A stretch of DNA of 64,000 bases, taken from Candidatus Woesebacteria bacterium (GTDB lineage: Bacteria > Patescibacteriota > Microgenomatia > UBA8517). The stretch spans positions 564,790 to 628,789 of the forward strand of contig OY970314.1 of assembly GCA_963716475.1 (NCBI GenBank), in the 5' to 3' direction. The notes under the pieces were generated by a model that saw only the letters and a program-made list of their open reading frames with translations, made no database searches and had not been told where the DNA came from. Made by a program: the position numbers and the translations under genes. This document shows, piece after piece, positions 38,629 through 47,346 of the stretch. Numbering within the stretch: position 1 is the first letter of the stretch; every line of letters begins with the position of its first letter.

Positions 38629-38889
38629 TCATGTACGAACGATCATTGAAAAAATCAACACAAATCCCAATGTTGCCACAACAAGATATTCTATAACGGT
38701 TTCTATGTGCAGGTCTCTATGAAGGTAGTGGTGGGTAACTCCCCAGGCAACATAGGATAGTAAGAGAGCCAGGGCTATCGCTACTTGAAAATTTTTGTCG
38801 TAAGAAAAAAGAATCAATCCGGCAAAAGCCGCCAGGAGTATTCCAAAAAGAACCATGTAATGAGACAGGTGTTTGGTAAAAGATTTCAT
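38629..38889 (-). CDS. small two-helix membrane protein, hypothetical
   Basis: 86 aa with two hydrophobic helices. Its start overlaps the upstream CAP gene stop by 4 nt (ATGA), which suggests coupling. Confidence 0.45.
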   Translation of the reverse strand: MKSFTKHLSHYMVLFGILLAAFAGLILFSYDKNFQVAIALALLLSYVAWGVTHHYLHRDLHIETVIEYLVVATLGFVLIFSMIVRT

Positions 38890-39824
38890 ATAATTTGGCC
38901 CGCCCTTAATATTAATATTACAGCTAAAATCATACCGAAATATGCCAGATGTGCCAGGGTTCTTCCGCCAATTCTTGCAATTCTGCGTCTTCGGACAACG
39001 ATAAGGTCAATCGATAAAACCAGAATCAATATTCCCGTCACCAAAAGCGAGATGTTTTTGGTCGACCTGAATGGCGACACAAAGGTAACCGAGGATGCAG
39101 GTGTACTTTGTTTGTAGGCAACTGCTTCAGCGGGTGTAGGAGTCGGTGTTGGTGATGGTGTCGGAATAGGAGCCGAGGTCGGTTTTATAATTGCAGGTTT
39201 AACAGTTGAGGGCGGAACTTCTTTTGCCTGAGCTACAGGAATAGAAGGCTCACCGGCAAGGGGTGCCCCAAAAAACTGAACTATCACGGTCGTATCGGCC
39301 CCTGCAAGGTTTCCCTCAACTACTCCAATTCCAATCTCACGGTAATTAGGATTTAAAATATTTTCTTTATGTGACGGGGAATTCATCCAAGCATTCATGG
39401 CAGAGGAAGCATCCGGAAAATCTCTGGCCAAATTCTCCCCCGCATATTTATATTTATATCCAAAGCTAAGAAAAAAACTCCATGGAGAAGTTCCGTCGGG
39501 TGCAAAATGAGCCCAATAACCTTTTGCAAGCATATCGTTCCCCTTGGCAAGTGCGGCTGCATCCAGTGATGAATTTTCTGTCAGTGCGCTAAGTCCGTTT
39601 GCCGCTCTCTGAACATTGGTTAATCTTATTACTTCGGTAGGTGAGATATTCGCCGCATATCCTAAAACCTTAGGAAAAGCTTTGTGCACAACCCCCAACG
39701 CTAACTGAAAAGTGACAAGACCAATGATAATAAGGAGTAGACTGCTTGAATGCAAAAGCTTCGCCTTTTGGTTGTTACTTTCGTGTGGAATAAATAAATG
39801 TCTTAAGGTTTCAAAAAACTGCAT
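38886..39824 (-). CDS. CAP/SCP/PR-1 domain protein (YkwD-like). N-terminal TM, Pro/Thr-rich linker and C-terminal TM anchor
   Basis: CAP motifs GYWAHFAPDG, AGENLARDF and MNSPSHKENILNPNYREIGIGV. Linker PIPTPSPTPTPTP. C-terminal hydrophobic helix. Confidence 0.7.
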   Translation of the reverse strand: MQFFETLRHLFIPHESNNQKAKLLHSSSLLLIIIGLVTFQLALGVVHKAFPKVLGYAANISPTEVIRLTNVQRAANGLSALTENSSLDAAALAKGNDMLAKGYWAHFAPDGTSPWSFFLSFGYKYKYAGENLARDFPDASSAMNAWMNSPSHKENILNPNYREIGIGVVEGNLAGADTTVIVQFFGAPLAGEPSIPVAQAKEVPPSTVKPAIIKPTSAPIPTPSPTPTPTPAEAVAYKQSTPASSVTFVSPFRSTKNISLLVTGILILVLSIDLIVVRRRRIARIGGRTLAHLAYFGMILAVILILRAGQII

Positions 39825-40816
39825 TAATTCATATTAGCATATCCGTTGGGGTGATTTTTGTGCCAGAGATAGGCAGTGTCAACAATTTCTTTTAACCCGT
39901 ATTTCGGCTGCCATCCAAAGTCTTTTTTAATGCTTTCAATTGAAGCATAAAGTGCGTCTGCATCCCCCGCACGCCGCCCACTATATTTAATTTTGAGGTT
40001 CATCCCCGTAACCTGCCTTACCATTTCTATTACTTCCTTATTCGAAAACCCTTTACCCATTCCGACGTTATAGAAATTACTCTCTGCCTTACCAAGCAGT
40101 TTCTGCATCGCAATCGAATGCGTTTCCACCAAATCCAAAACATGAATATAGTCCCTGATATTGGTTCCGTCCGGCGTTTTATAATCATTGCCGAAAATTT
40201 CAATTTCTTCACCCTTGAGAGCTTTCTTAACAATATTGGGAATTAAATGGCTTTCTTCAGGATGATCTTCACCAATAGTTCCATCAAGTGCCGCACCCGC
40301 CGCATTAAAATATCTGATCCCCATAAACTTTATTCCGTAAGCCGCGTCGTAATCCTCGAGCATTCTTTCCATTATGTATTTAGTTTCACCGTAAGGGTTA
40401 AGAGGATTTTTCGGATCACTCTCTACAATCGGAAGTTTAACCGGATTTCCATACACCCCGGCTGTACTGGAAATAATAATATTATTTGTACCAGATTTTT
40501 TCATTGAATCCAGTAAGTTCATAAATCCGAAAACATTATTCCGGTAATATTTGGCCGGGTTGGTATATGATTCACCCATTTGAATAAAACTGGCCATATG
40601 TATGACCCCGTCAAACCTCTCCGAGGCAAGGAATGCGTCCAACTTTTCTTTTTCTGTAACCAAATCCATCACTTCAAGTCTAAAACCGGTAACGGCCATG
40701 TCGTGCCCTTGAGAAAGATTATCTAAAATTACCGGGTCAAATCCTTTAGACCGGAGTTCACGGACCATGAAGCTGCCTATATAACCTGCTCCTCCCGTAA
40801 CCAAAATCTTTTTCAT
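39824..40816 (-). CDS. galE: UDP-glucose 4-epimerase
   Basis: ILVTGGAGYIGS, catalytic YGETKYIME (YxxxK) and NVFGF... match GalE. Confidence 0.85.
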   Translation of the reverse strand: MKKILVTGGAGYIGSFMVRELRSKGFDPVILDNLSQGHDMAVTGFRLEVMDLVTEKEKLDAFLASERFDGVIHMASFIQMGESYTNPAKYYRNNVFGFMNLLDSMKKSGTNNIIISSTAGVYGNPVKLPIVESDPKNPLNPYGETKYIMERMLEDYDAAYGIKFMGIRYFNAAGAALDGTIGEDHPEESHLIPNIVKKALKGEEIEIFGNDYKTPDGTNIRDYIHVLDLVETHSIAMQKLLGKAESNFYNVGMGKGFSNKEVIEMVRQVTGMNLKIKYSGRRAGDADALYASIESIKKDFGWQPKYGLKEIVDTAYLWHKNHPNGYANMN

Positions 40817-40846
40817 TTATCTAATTTTTAATTTGATAAGCTTCGC

Positions 40847-41296
40847 TTAAGTTATTCCGAATTGTAGCAAAAAAGTCTGAAACTTTTTGGGAAGCCTGGG
40901 TAAAAATCTGTAAATTAAGTAAATAACCACTCCCGCTCCAATTCCGTCTATAAAAACGTCCCTTACCCTGGCTTCCCTGCCTTGGGTAAACATTTGATGA
41001 AATTCGTCGGTTGCTCCATAGAAGAATGCCGAAATTACCGCCCATATTCCAGCTTTTTGGCGGCTGAGTCCCTGTCCGACTAATGCACGGTAAATCAGAA
41101 CCGCAAGTGCCCCAAAAAGAAGAAAGTGTCCTATTTTTTTAACTGCAAAGTCCTGCCAATAAATTTGTGAGGCAATCGGAATTGTCCCTGAGGAAAATTT
41201 ATATATAAGACCGGCCCACAAAAGCACCGGAAGCCACAGGTTAAGAGATTTGATTATTTTTACCTTCACTCTCAGTATTATAGCTTTTTTTGGCAC
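40847..41296 (-). CDS. VanZ-like membrane protein
   Basis: Motif GATDEFHQMFTQGREARVRDVFIDGIGAGV is the VanZ signature. The tracked start overlaps the upstream LTD gene by 56 nt, so the true start may be an internal TTG. Confidence 0.6.
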   Translation of the reverse strand: MPKKAIILRVKVKIIKSLNLWLPVLLWAGLIYKFSSGTIPIASQIYWQDFAVKKIGHFLLFGALAVLIYRALVGQGLSRQKAGIWAVISAFFYGATDEFHQMFTQGREARVRDVFIDGIGAGVVIYLIYRFLPRLPKKFQTFLLQFGIT

Positions 41297-42353
41297 TCTT
41301 AATAATACTGAAAACCGAAAAACCTATCAGTCCCGTGCCTAAAATGACCAACCCGACGGCTGCCAACGGAAATTTTACCTTTGGATTTTCGGTCAGATTT
41401 TGGGCAGGCTCTGGTGCCTGCGGACTTGAAACAGTCACACCCTCACCTAAAACGGTGGACTCCGTTATATTAATTGGGGTTGAGCTTGGGGTTTGGGTAG
41501 CAACAGGGGTCGTCGACCGGGTTGGGGTTGGAGCGGGAGTTTTGGGTGGAATCGGACTAGGAGAGGGAGTCGGGGAAATAGTAACCTGTTTATTTAAAAC
41601 CGGGTTCACTTCCATATTCATCCCGTTCAGAAGATCCCTCGTATCTTCCCAACTTGTATAATTATCTTTTCTTAGACTGATAATGTGTATGCCGAAGTCA
41701 CAACTTATCCCCAAATAGCATTCATTCCCCGGATAAAATTCCAAGATTTCATCATCCTCGTGGTGAATATAATGCCCGTCGACATAAATTTGAACACTGG
41801 TTAACTCCGAACCTGCACCATCTTCGGGTTTATTAATTTTGTATATTGCCTTGGACGGTGTTTGCGTCGGATTGGGAGAAGGAGTCGGGGTAGGTTTAAA
41901 ATTACCGGAGCCTATTGTCCATGTTAAATTCATCTGCCAAACGTCTGAGGCGCCAGGAATTCTTCCCGTACTTTTATCCGCATCCGGTGTGCCGACAGCG
42001 TCACCGCTATGACCATAGATCACTGAATTTATAAGATCATCCGAAGCATCTTTTAAATTAATGGCATCTCCGCCGGAATTATTTAGCCACCCCTGAAGTC
42101 TTTCAAATACAAAGAATCCGTTTCCCGGAATTACTCCCGATAAGTTTTCTATATGATTTGCTTCATCTACAAGTTTCCATCCCGTTAAATTAATGTCAGT
42201 TGGTCCGACATTATAAAGTTCCACCCACTCGGGATTACTATTGGAGCTAAATTCATTTATTACAACCTGGGCACGGACGGTTCGGGTAGTAAACAAGAAC
42301 ATTATCAATCCAAATATTACTGCCGTAATATTTTCCCCAACGATTCGATTCAT
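41241..42353 (-). CDS. secreted lamin-tail-domain (LTD) protein with Pro/Thr-rich linkers and C-terminal membrane anchor
   Basis: LTD signature VVINEFSSNSNPEWVELYNVGPTDINLTGWKL. A signal-like N-terminus is present. PTPTPSPNPTQTP and PSPSPIPPKTPAPTP linkers. A C-terminal hydrophobic helix followed by a lysine-containing tail. Confidence 0.7.
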   Translation of the reverse strand: MNRIVGENITAVIFGLIMFLFTTRTVRAQVVINEFSSNSNPEWVELYNVGPTDINLTGWKLVDEANHIENLSGVIPGNGFFVFERLQGWLNNSGGDAINLKDASDDLINSVIYGHSGDAVGTPDADKSTGRIPGASDVWQMNLTWTIGSGNFKPTPTPSPNPTQTPSKAIYKINKPEDGAGSELTSVQIYVDGHYIHHEDDEILEFYPGNECYLGISCDFGIHIISLRKDNYTSWEDTRDLLNGMNMEVNPVLNKQVTISPTPSPSPIPPKTPAPTPTRSTTPVATQTPSSTPINITESTVLGEGVTVSSPQAPEPAQNLTENPKVKFPLAAVGLVILGTGLIGFSVFSIIKSAKKSYNTESEGKNNQIS

Positions 42354-42453
42354 CGAAGTAATACAGATTTAACATATACATCATATCATAAATATAAAGA
42401 TTAGAAATATAGAAACTATAAAATTATTCCGTTAATATCTTTCCCTTTTCTTA

Positions 42454-43647
42454 TTAATTGAAGCTTGCGGTAAAAACCATTTTGATATTATTAACGGAAT
42501 ACTTGTCCCCAAAATTTTTGTCTCCCCCATTCTCCAAGAAGGGGTCATTCATCACATAATTACCACCGCTGCCGCTTTTCAGGACTATATAGTGATCAGG
42601 GCCCGAGTAAAGACCGACTATCACGGGACCTATTGATAACTTCTGGTCAAGCTCCGAGGTAGATACGGAATTTAAGTTTACATTTATGCCATTCACACTA
42701 AATTGCCAATATAAAAGAGCTGTATCGGAATTCGGACTAAAAAAAGCGCTTGGAGTATTGGCAATATCGACGGGCTTAAGATTTTTCCCCGCGTGGGTTG
42801 CCATCATTGCCACGGAAGTGACCAAACAACCATAGTCCGCCATGGTCAGATGACTTGAACCCAGGTAACCATTTCCCCACTCCCCGTCTCTTTGGTTATA
42901 GTAATATCCCCAGGAACCCTGTTGAACCGTTTGATTTTGCAAAATCGAAGCGCCGCCCTGAGAGTTAACGAAAGAGAGAAATGAGTTTCTCTGGGCAATA
43001 GCCTGAGCCAATAACGACTGGTATTTAACCTCATCGTTTTTTGTGGCGATAAGAAGATTATTTTTAGCCACTTTTTGAGTATTTAAATTTGTCTGCTGTG
43101 TTTGCAGCTGTTTTTGCAAAGTTTCCTGATCTGCTTTTTGACCCTGATAGCTCGTTTGCGCGGTTTGTAATTTATCTAGCAGGCTCCTGTCTTCCTCTTG
43201 GATTTTTTGAAGATAATGAAGCCTGGAAACCGCGTCCGTCAGATCAGTTGCGGAAAGAATAAAAGTAAAATTATTCTCAAATCTTGAAAGTTTGTAGGTT
43301 TCGACAGCTCTTGATGAAAAAGCGGCGGTCAAGGAAGTTAGTGAATCTCCAAGTTGGACGATTCTTCCACCCAAAAGTGCAATTTGATCTTGAGTCTGGG
43401 AAATCTTGAGAGTGGTTAATTTTATTTGGGCATTAAACTGGGCAATTTGATTTGAAAGAGTCCCTGCTTGCTTTTGAAGAACGGTTATTTGTTTACTGCA
43501 TTCATCCGCAACCTGCTGACAGCTTGCGCTATCATTACAGCTATCCGTACAAGATACGGCAAGAATTCTCCCGTGTGTTATCAGCAGAAAATAAATTCCG
43601 GTTAAGAGGATTATGAAAAGTAAACATTTCTTTCCATTTATTTTCAT
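42454..43647 (-). CDS. coiled-coil protein with C-terminal C39-like (Peptidase_C39_2) cysteine peptidase domain. PcsB-like putative FtsEX-coupled cell-wall hydrolase
   Basis: Signal or TM N-terminus. About 200 aa of Q/L-rich heptad sequence. C-terminal motif YGCLVTSVAMMA with a downstream H (GPDHYIVL). It lies immediately downstream of ftsE-ftsX with a 4-nt overlap. Confidence 0.6.
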   Translation of the reverse strand: MKINGKKCLLFIILLTGIYFLLITHGRILAVSCTDSCNDSASCQQVADECSKQITVLQKQAGTLSNQIAQFNAQIKLTTLKISQTQDQIALLGGRIVQLGDSLTSLTAAFSSRAVETYKLSRFENNFTFILSATDLTDAVSRLHYLQKIQEEDRSLLDKLQTAQTSYQGQKADQETLQKQLQTQQTNLNTQKVAKNNLLIATKNDEVKYQSLLAQAIAQRNSFLSFVNSQGGASILQNQTVQQGSWGYYYNQRDGEWGNGYLGSSHLTMADYGCLVTSVAMMATHAGKNLKPVDIANTPSAFFSPNSDTALLYWQFSVNGINVNLNSVSTSELDQKLSIGPVIVGLYSGPDHYIVLKSGSGGNYVMNDPFLENGGDKNFGDKYSVNNIKMVFTASFN

Positions 43648-44558
43648 CTCGCTTTTTTAACTCTCGAGATTGCGATCAAACTCCCTGAAAGGGCAAGTAT
43701 CGCACCGGTAGCAATTTCAATAGTGAATATTATTCCAAACAGCTCAAAAATTCCCAGCGCGTCCCGGGGCAGGATCGGAATTTCTCCAAAATAGGCAACA
43801 ACCGTAGGAGCCAGGTATAAAACCGCAATAAACGAAATTGCCCATCCTAATATCACACCAAAAAGCGTATACATAAAAGCTTCGATGATTATCGGGCTTC
43901 TGATAAATCCTTTGGTTGCTCCGATTAAATTAAGAATTTCCACTTCCTCTCTCCTACCGACTACCCGCATGCTGGTTATTACAAGAAGAACAACCAGGGA
44001 TGTTGCGACCAGGAGACCCACAAACACAATTCCACCTATTCTTACGTAAGTAGTAATAGTTTTTAACCTCGCAACAACATCGTTTAAGCTGGTCTCGCCA
44101 CCGAGAGCCGCCGTAAAACCGACCGAATCAACAATAGTTTCACCTTTGACTTTATCGATAATACTTTGGGCAAAAGACAGATCAGTTACCGAAAACTCAA
44201 GCGATGCCGGAAAAATTGACGGGCTCACGAGTTGCCCCAGAAGGGGGTTATCGCTTGTCGCTTTTTTATAAATCGACAGGGCTTCCTCTTTACTCACGTA
44301 TTTAATGTCTTTTATATGCGTATCCGCGGAAAGATTGTGCTGTAAATTGGCAATATCGGTATCCGTCGCGTCGGACTTTAAAAATGCAATTACCTGAGGT
44401 CTGGTCTCAAAATAAGTAATCAGTTGTGACGAAGAATAGACCAAAACCGACACTATGGTTATAACAAAAAATGTAAGCGTAAGAACAAAAGAGGCGGCAA
44501 TCGCCTGAAACGGAGAACGCCTGATGTAATCCCAGGCAGTTTTAAAATGAATGTTCAT
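43644..44558 (-). CDS. ftsX: cell division permease-like protein FtsX
   Basis: 304 aa. N-terminal TM, periplasmic domain and three C-terminal TMs (FtsX topology). Coupled to ftsE. Confidence 0.85.
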   Translation of the reverse strand: MNIHFKTAWDYIRRSPFQAIAASFVLTLTFFVITIVSVLVYSSSQLITYFETRPQVIAFLKSDATDTDIANLQHNLSADTHIKDIKYVSKEEALSIYKKATSDNPLLGQLVSPSIFPASLEFSVTDLSFAQSIIDKVKGETIVDSVGFTAALGGETSLNDVVARLKTITTYVRIGGIVFVGLLVATSLVVLLVITSMRVVGRREEVEILNLIGATKGFIRSPIIIEAFMYTLFGVILGWAISFIAVLYLAPTVVAYFGEIPILPRDALGIFELFGIIFTIEIATGAILALSGSLIAISRVKKAR

Positions 44559-45229
44559 TTACTTTTAATTGTACCACCGACAATATTTATAACTCTTTTT
44601 TTATATTTCTTGACGATTTCCAGATTATGAGTTGCCATAATAATGGTTTTGCCCTCCTTATTTATTTTTTCAAATAGGTCCATGAGATTGTCTGAAGTTT
44701 CCCAATCAAGATTTCCGGTAGGCTCATCCGCCAAAAGAATTTTAGGATTAACTGCCAAAGCCCTGGCCAGAGAAACTCTTTGGAGTTCGCCTCCGGACAA
44801 TTGCGACGGGAAAAGATTTGTCTGCCTGGAAAGTCCTGCAAGCTTTAATACATGTTCCACTCTTACGTCCCACTCAGCTTCCGGAAGCCCTATTACGGCG
44901 AGAGCAACCGCTACATTTTCGGCAACTGTGCGTTCAGGGAGAACTTTGAAGTCCTGAAAAACTGTTCCGATTTTTTGGCGGTATCGGGGCAGATCCTTGC
45001 TATCCACCTTTGAAATGTTAAATCCGTCAACCGTTACTTCTCCTGTATCGGCAGTAACCTCCCCCAGTATCAATTTCAAAATCGTGGTTTTTCCGGCACC
45101 GGAAGGACCGGTAATAAATATAAATTCGCCATTTTTTACATCAAAAGTAACATCGCTCAAAGCAATCAGAGAACCAAATCTTTTGGTGACACCTTCAAAA
45201 TGAACTATTCCGGTTTCTTCCTTTGGCAT
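44555..45229 (-). CDS. ftsE: cell division ATP-binding protein FtsE
   Basis: Walker A GPSGAGKTT, ABC signature LSGGELQRVSLARAL and Walker B LLADEPTGNLD. Confidence 0.9.
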   Translation of the reverse strand: MPKEETGIVHFEGVTKRFGSLIALSDVTFDVKNGEFIFITGPSGAGKTTILKLILGEVTADTGEVTVDGFNISKVDSKDLPRYRQKIGTVFQDFKVLPERTVAENVAVALAVIGLPEAEWDVRVEHVLKLAGLSRQTNLFPSQLSGGELQRVSLARALAVNPKILLADEPTGNLDWETSDNLMDLFEKINKEGKTIIMATHNLEIVKKYKKRVINIVGGTIKSK

Positions 45230-45287
45230 GTGTTTTGAGACAGTAACAGAGTAGCAAGTGAAAACAAAGAAAGCCAGTGTTAAACCG

Positions 45288-45719
45288 TTATGGTGTCACT
45301 TGAACTTTGGCTACGTCCATCAGCCAGCCAACCTTTTTTGAAGCTAGGGTTTGACCCCAGATTTGTACCTTTCTGTCAATAAAATTAGTCAGATCTACCA
45401 CGCTCGAGGTCAAATAAACATACTTGGAGGCTCCCCCGTCACGAACCAGATGAAAAGTCCCCTCTCCGTTAAGCCCGCCCGTTTGTATAACCCCCGTCGC
45501 GGTGTCATATGTAACTTTAGGGTCCAGTGCACCTGCTTCATTTGAGGTCGCTTTAGTTCCCGGCGCAGCCGTTGAAGTTCCTTTCGTCATACGTCCGGAG
45601 ATTATCCAGGCGGTTCCAACACCCACTAAGATCACCAAAAAGGCTCCAACCAGATATGGCCAAACTTTTTTAATTCCGCCTTTTGGAAAAGCACTAACGA
45701 CCGTATTCTGAGGTTCCAT
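45288..45719 (-). CDS. hypothetical membrane-anchored protein
   Basis: Single TM (VWPYLVGAFLVILVGVGTAWII) followed by a soluble domain. The start is re-called to MEPQNTVV. Confidence 0.5.
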   Translation of the reverse strand: MEPQNTVVSAFPKGGIKKVWPYLVGAFLVILVGVGTAWIISGRMTKGTSTAAPGTKATSNEAGALDPKVTYDTATGVIQTGGLNGEGTFHLVRDGGASKYVYLTSSVVDLTNFIDRKVQIWGQTLASKKVGWLMDVAKVQVTP

Positions 45720-45769
45720 ATTCCTACCACAATATAACACTAAAAAAAGCAAAAACGCAAATCAGGTAA

Positions 45770-46819
45770 CTAAAGCTTGAGTTCCGCGTCAACAAACTCG
45801 TCAATTTCCCCGTCAAGCACAGCTTCTGTATTTCCGGTTTCAATATCGGTGCGAAGATCTTTAACCATTTTGTAAGGGTGAAGAACATAGCTCCTGATCT
45901 GGGTTCCCCATGAGGCCGGACGGTAGTCCCCCTTAAGCTCTTTTTTTACCCCCTTTGCGACTTCCTGCTGCATCAGCCAAAGTTTACCGCGAAGTAGCTC
46001 CAGAGCGATTTTCCTGTTTTGTTCCTGAAAACGCTCCGTAGAAGCGGTAATAACTATACCCGTTGGGACATGAGTAAGCCGTACTGCCGTAGCAACCTTG
46101 TTTACATTTTGACCACCGTGCCCTCCGGCGTGGATAAACTGCCAATCAAGGTCTTCATCTTTAATTTTAACGTCTTTAAGATCAACGTCCGCAAGTTCCG
46201 GTATAACTTCAACCAAAGCAAAAGAGGTTTGTCTGAGCTTATCCGCATTAAACGGAGATTGCCTGACAAGTCTGTGTGTACCGGCCTCACCCTTGAGGTA
46301 GCCGTAGGCATAATGCCCCGTAACCTTGAAGGTAATGCTCTTCACCCCGGCCTCTTCCCCCGCTGTATAATCCAGTGTCTCCGTAGGCCACCCCTTACGC
46401 TCACAGAAGCGTAGGTACATACGATACAGCATGTTAGACCAATCCATAGCTTCCGTGCCTCCCTGACCCGCGTGTACCGAAACTAGGGCATTTTTAGCAT
46501 CGTATTCACCGGAAAGATAGGATATTAGCTCCAAGCGTGAGAGTGTCTTTTCGGCTTTCCTTACCTCAGCCTCATCCTGCACCTCTTTTAGAATTTCCAT
46601 CGTCTCCGAAAGCTCGGTTATTTCCCCTACTTCCTTCTTAAGATCCGAAAGCTCCTGGTTAACGGCTCTGGCATTAGTTGGGTCACTCCAAAGATTCGGT
46701 TCGGCAGCTTTAGCCTCAAGGTCTTCTATTTTTTTCTTTTTATCACCAAGTTTAATCACCCCGATAAGTTTATCGAGCCGCGCCGATTGTTCATCAATTT
46801 TTTGTTTGAGATCCTGCAT
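45770..46819 (-). CDS. prfB: peptide chain release factor 2
   Basis: SPF tripeptide (RQSPFNA) and GGQ motif (HAGGHGGQNVNK). The single ORF is contiguous and colinear with the RF2 N-terminus. Confidence 0.9.
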   Translation of the reverse strand: MQDLKQKIDEQSARLDKLIGVIKLGDKKKKIEDLEAKAAEPNLWSDPTNARAVNQELSDLKKEVGEITELSETMEILKEVQDEAEVRKAEKTLSRLELISYLSGEYDAKNALVSVHAGQGGTEAMDWSNMLYRMYLRFCERKGWPTETLDYTAGEEAGVKSITFKVTGHYAYGYLKGEAGTHRLVRQSPFNADKLRQTSFALVEVIPELADVDLKDVKIKDEDLDWQFIHAGGHGGQNVNKVATAVRLTHVPTGIVITASTERFQEQNRKIALELLRGKLWLMQQEVAKGVKKELKGDYRPASWGTQIRSYVLHPYKMVKDLRTDIETGNTEAVLDGEIDEFVDAELKL

Positions 46820-46857
46820 ACCTAGAAGTATAACCCAAGTTTGGTGAACTTGAAAAA

Positions 46858-47319
46858 CTACGGCTGGCAGAAGATTGTTTTAACTTTTTTGATATCGGTA
46901 GGGTTTAGGCTTTGAAGGAGTTCGACCGCTCCGGCCACGGTGGCATTTTCCCTGGCAAGTGACGGGGGAACCTGGTCCTTTATTCCCAAAACCTGAATTA
47001 GCTTATTTCTTCCCGCATCAAGGGCTAGTGAAATCGGGGCCGGGGCATTTTTCCAACCAAGAACACTTGTCAACGCAGTTCTGCCCCCGATTATCAAAAA
47101 TCCTTCGAGAATAAGTGCCAGTAAAAATCCGAAGAAGATTCCGAAAACGGCACCTTTAACCGACCAGTCTACAAAATGCCGACGGAATTGGGCCATAAGT
47201 AAAATGAGGATAAAAACTAAAAAAACTATCAACGCCGCCTGCGCGTAAGCTACCGAAAACGAAAGATTCCCTATATTAATATCAAACTTTCCGAAAAGCA
47301 TCCGAAAGATGTTGCCCAT
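46858..47319 (-). CDS. hypothetical membrane protein
   Basis: 153 aa with two or three hydrophobic helices. No recognised domain. Confidence 0.5.
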   Translation of the reverse strand: MGNIFRMLFGKFDINIGNLSFSVAYAQAALIVFLVFILILLMAQFRRHFVDWSVKGAVFGIFFGFLLALILEGFLIIGGRTALTSVLGWKNAPAPISLALDAGRNKLIQVLGIKDQVPPSLARENATVAGAVELLQSLNPTDIKKVKTIFCQP

Positions 47320-47346
47320 GATAATTTATCATAGCACAGGGAAGAA

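Noticed and set aside
40821-41045. 74-aa ORF overlapping the VanZ gene
   Set aside because: It is in a different frame from the VanZ ORF, which carries the diagnostic DEFHQ...R motif.
45770-46819. Programmed +1 frameshift in prfB
   Set aside because: The 349-aa ORF is continuous and colinear with the RF2 N-terminus, so there is no internal in-frame TGA at the expected position.
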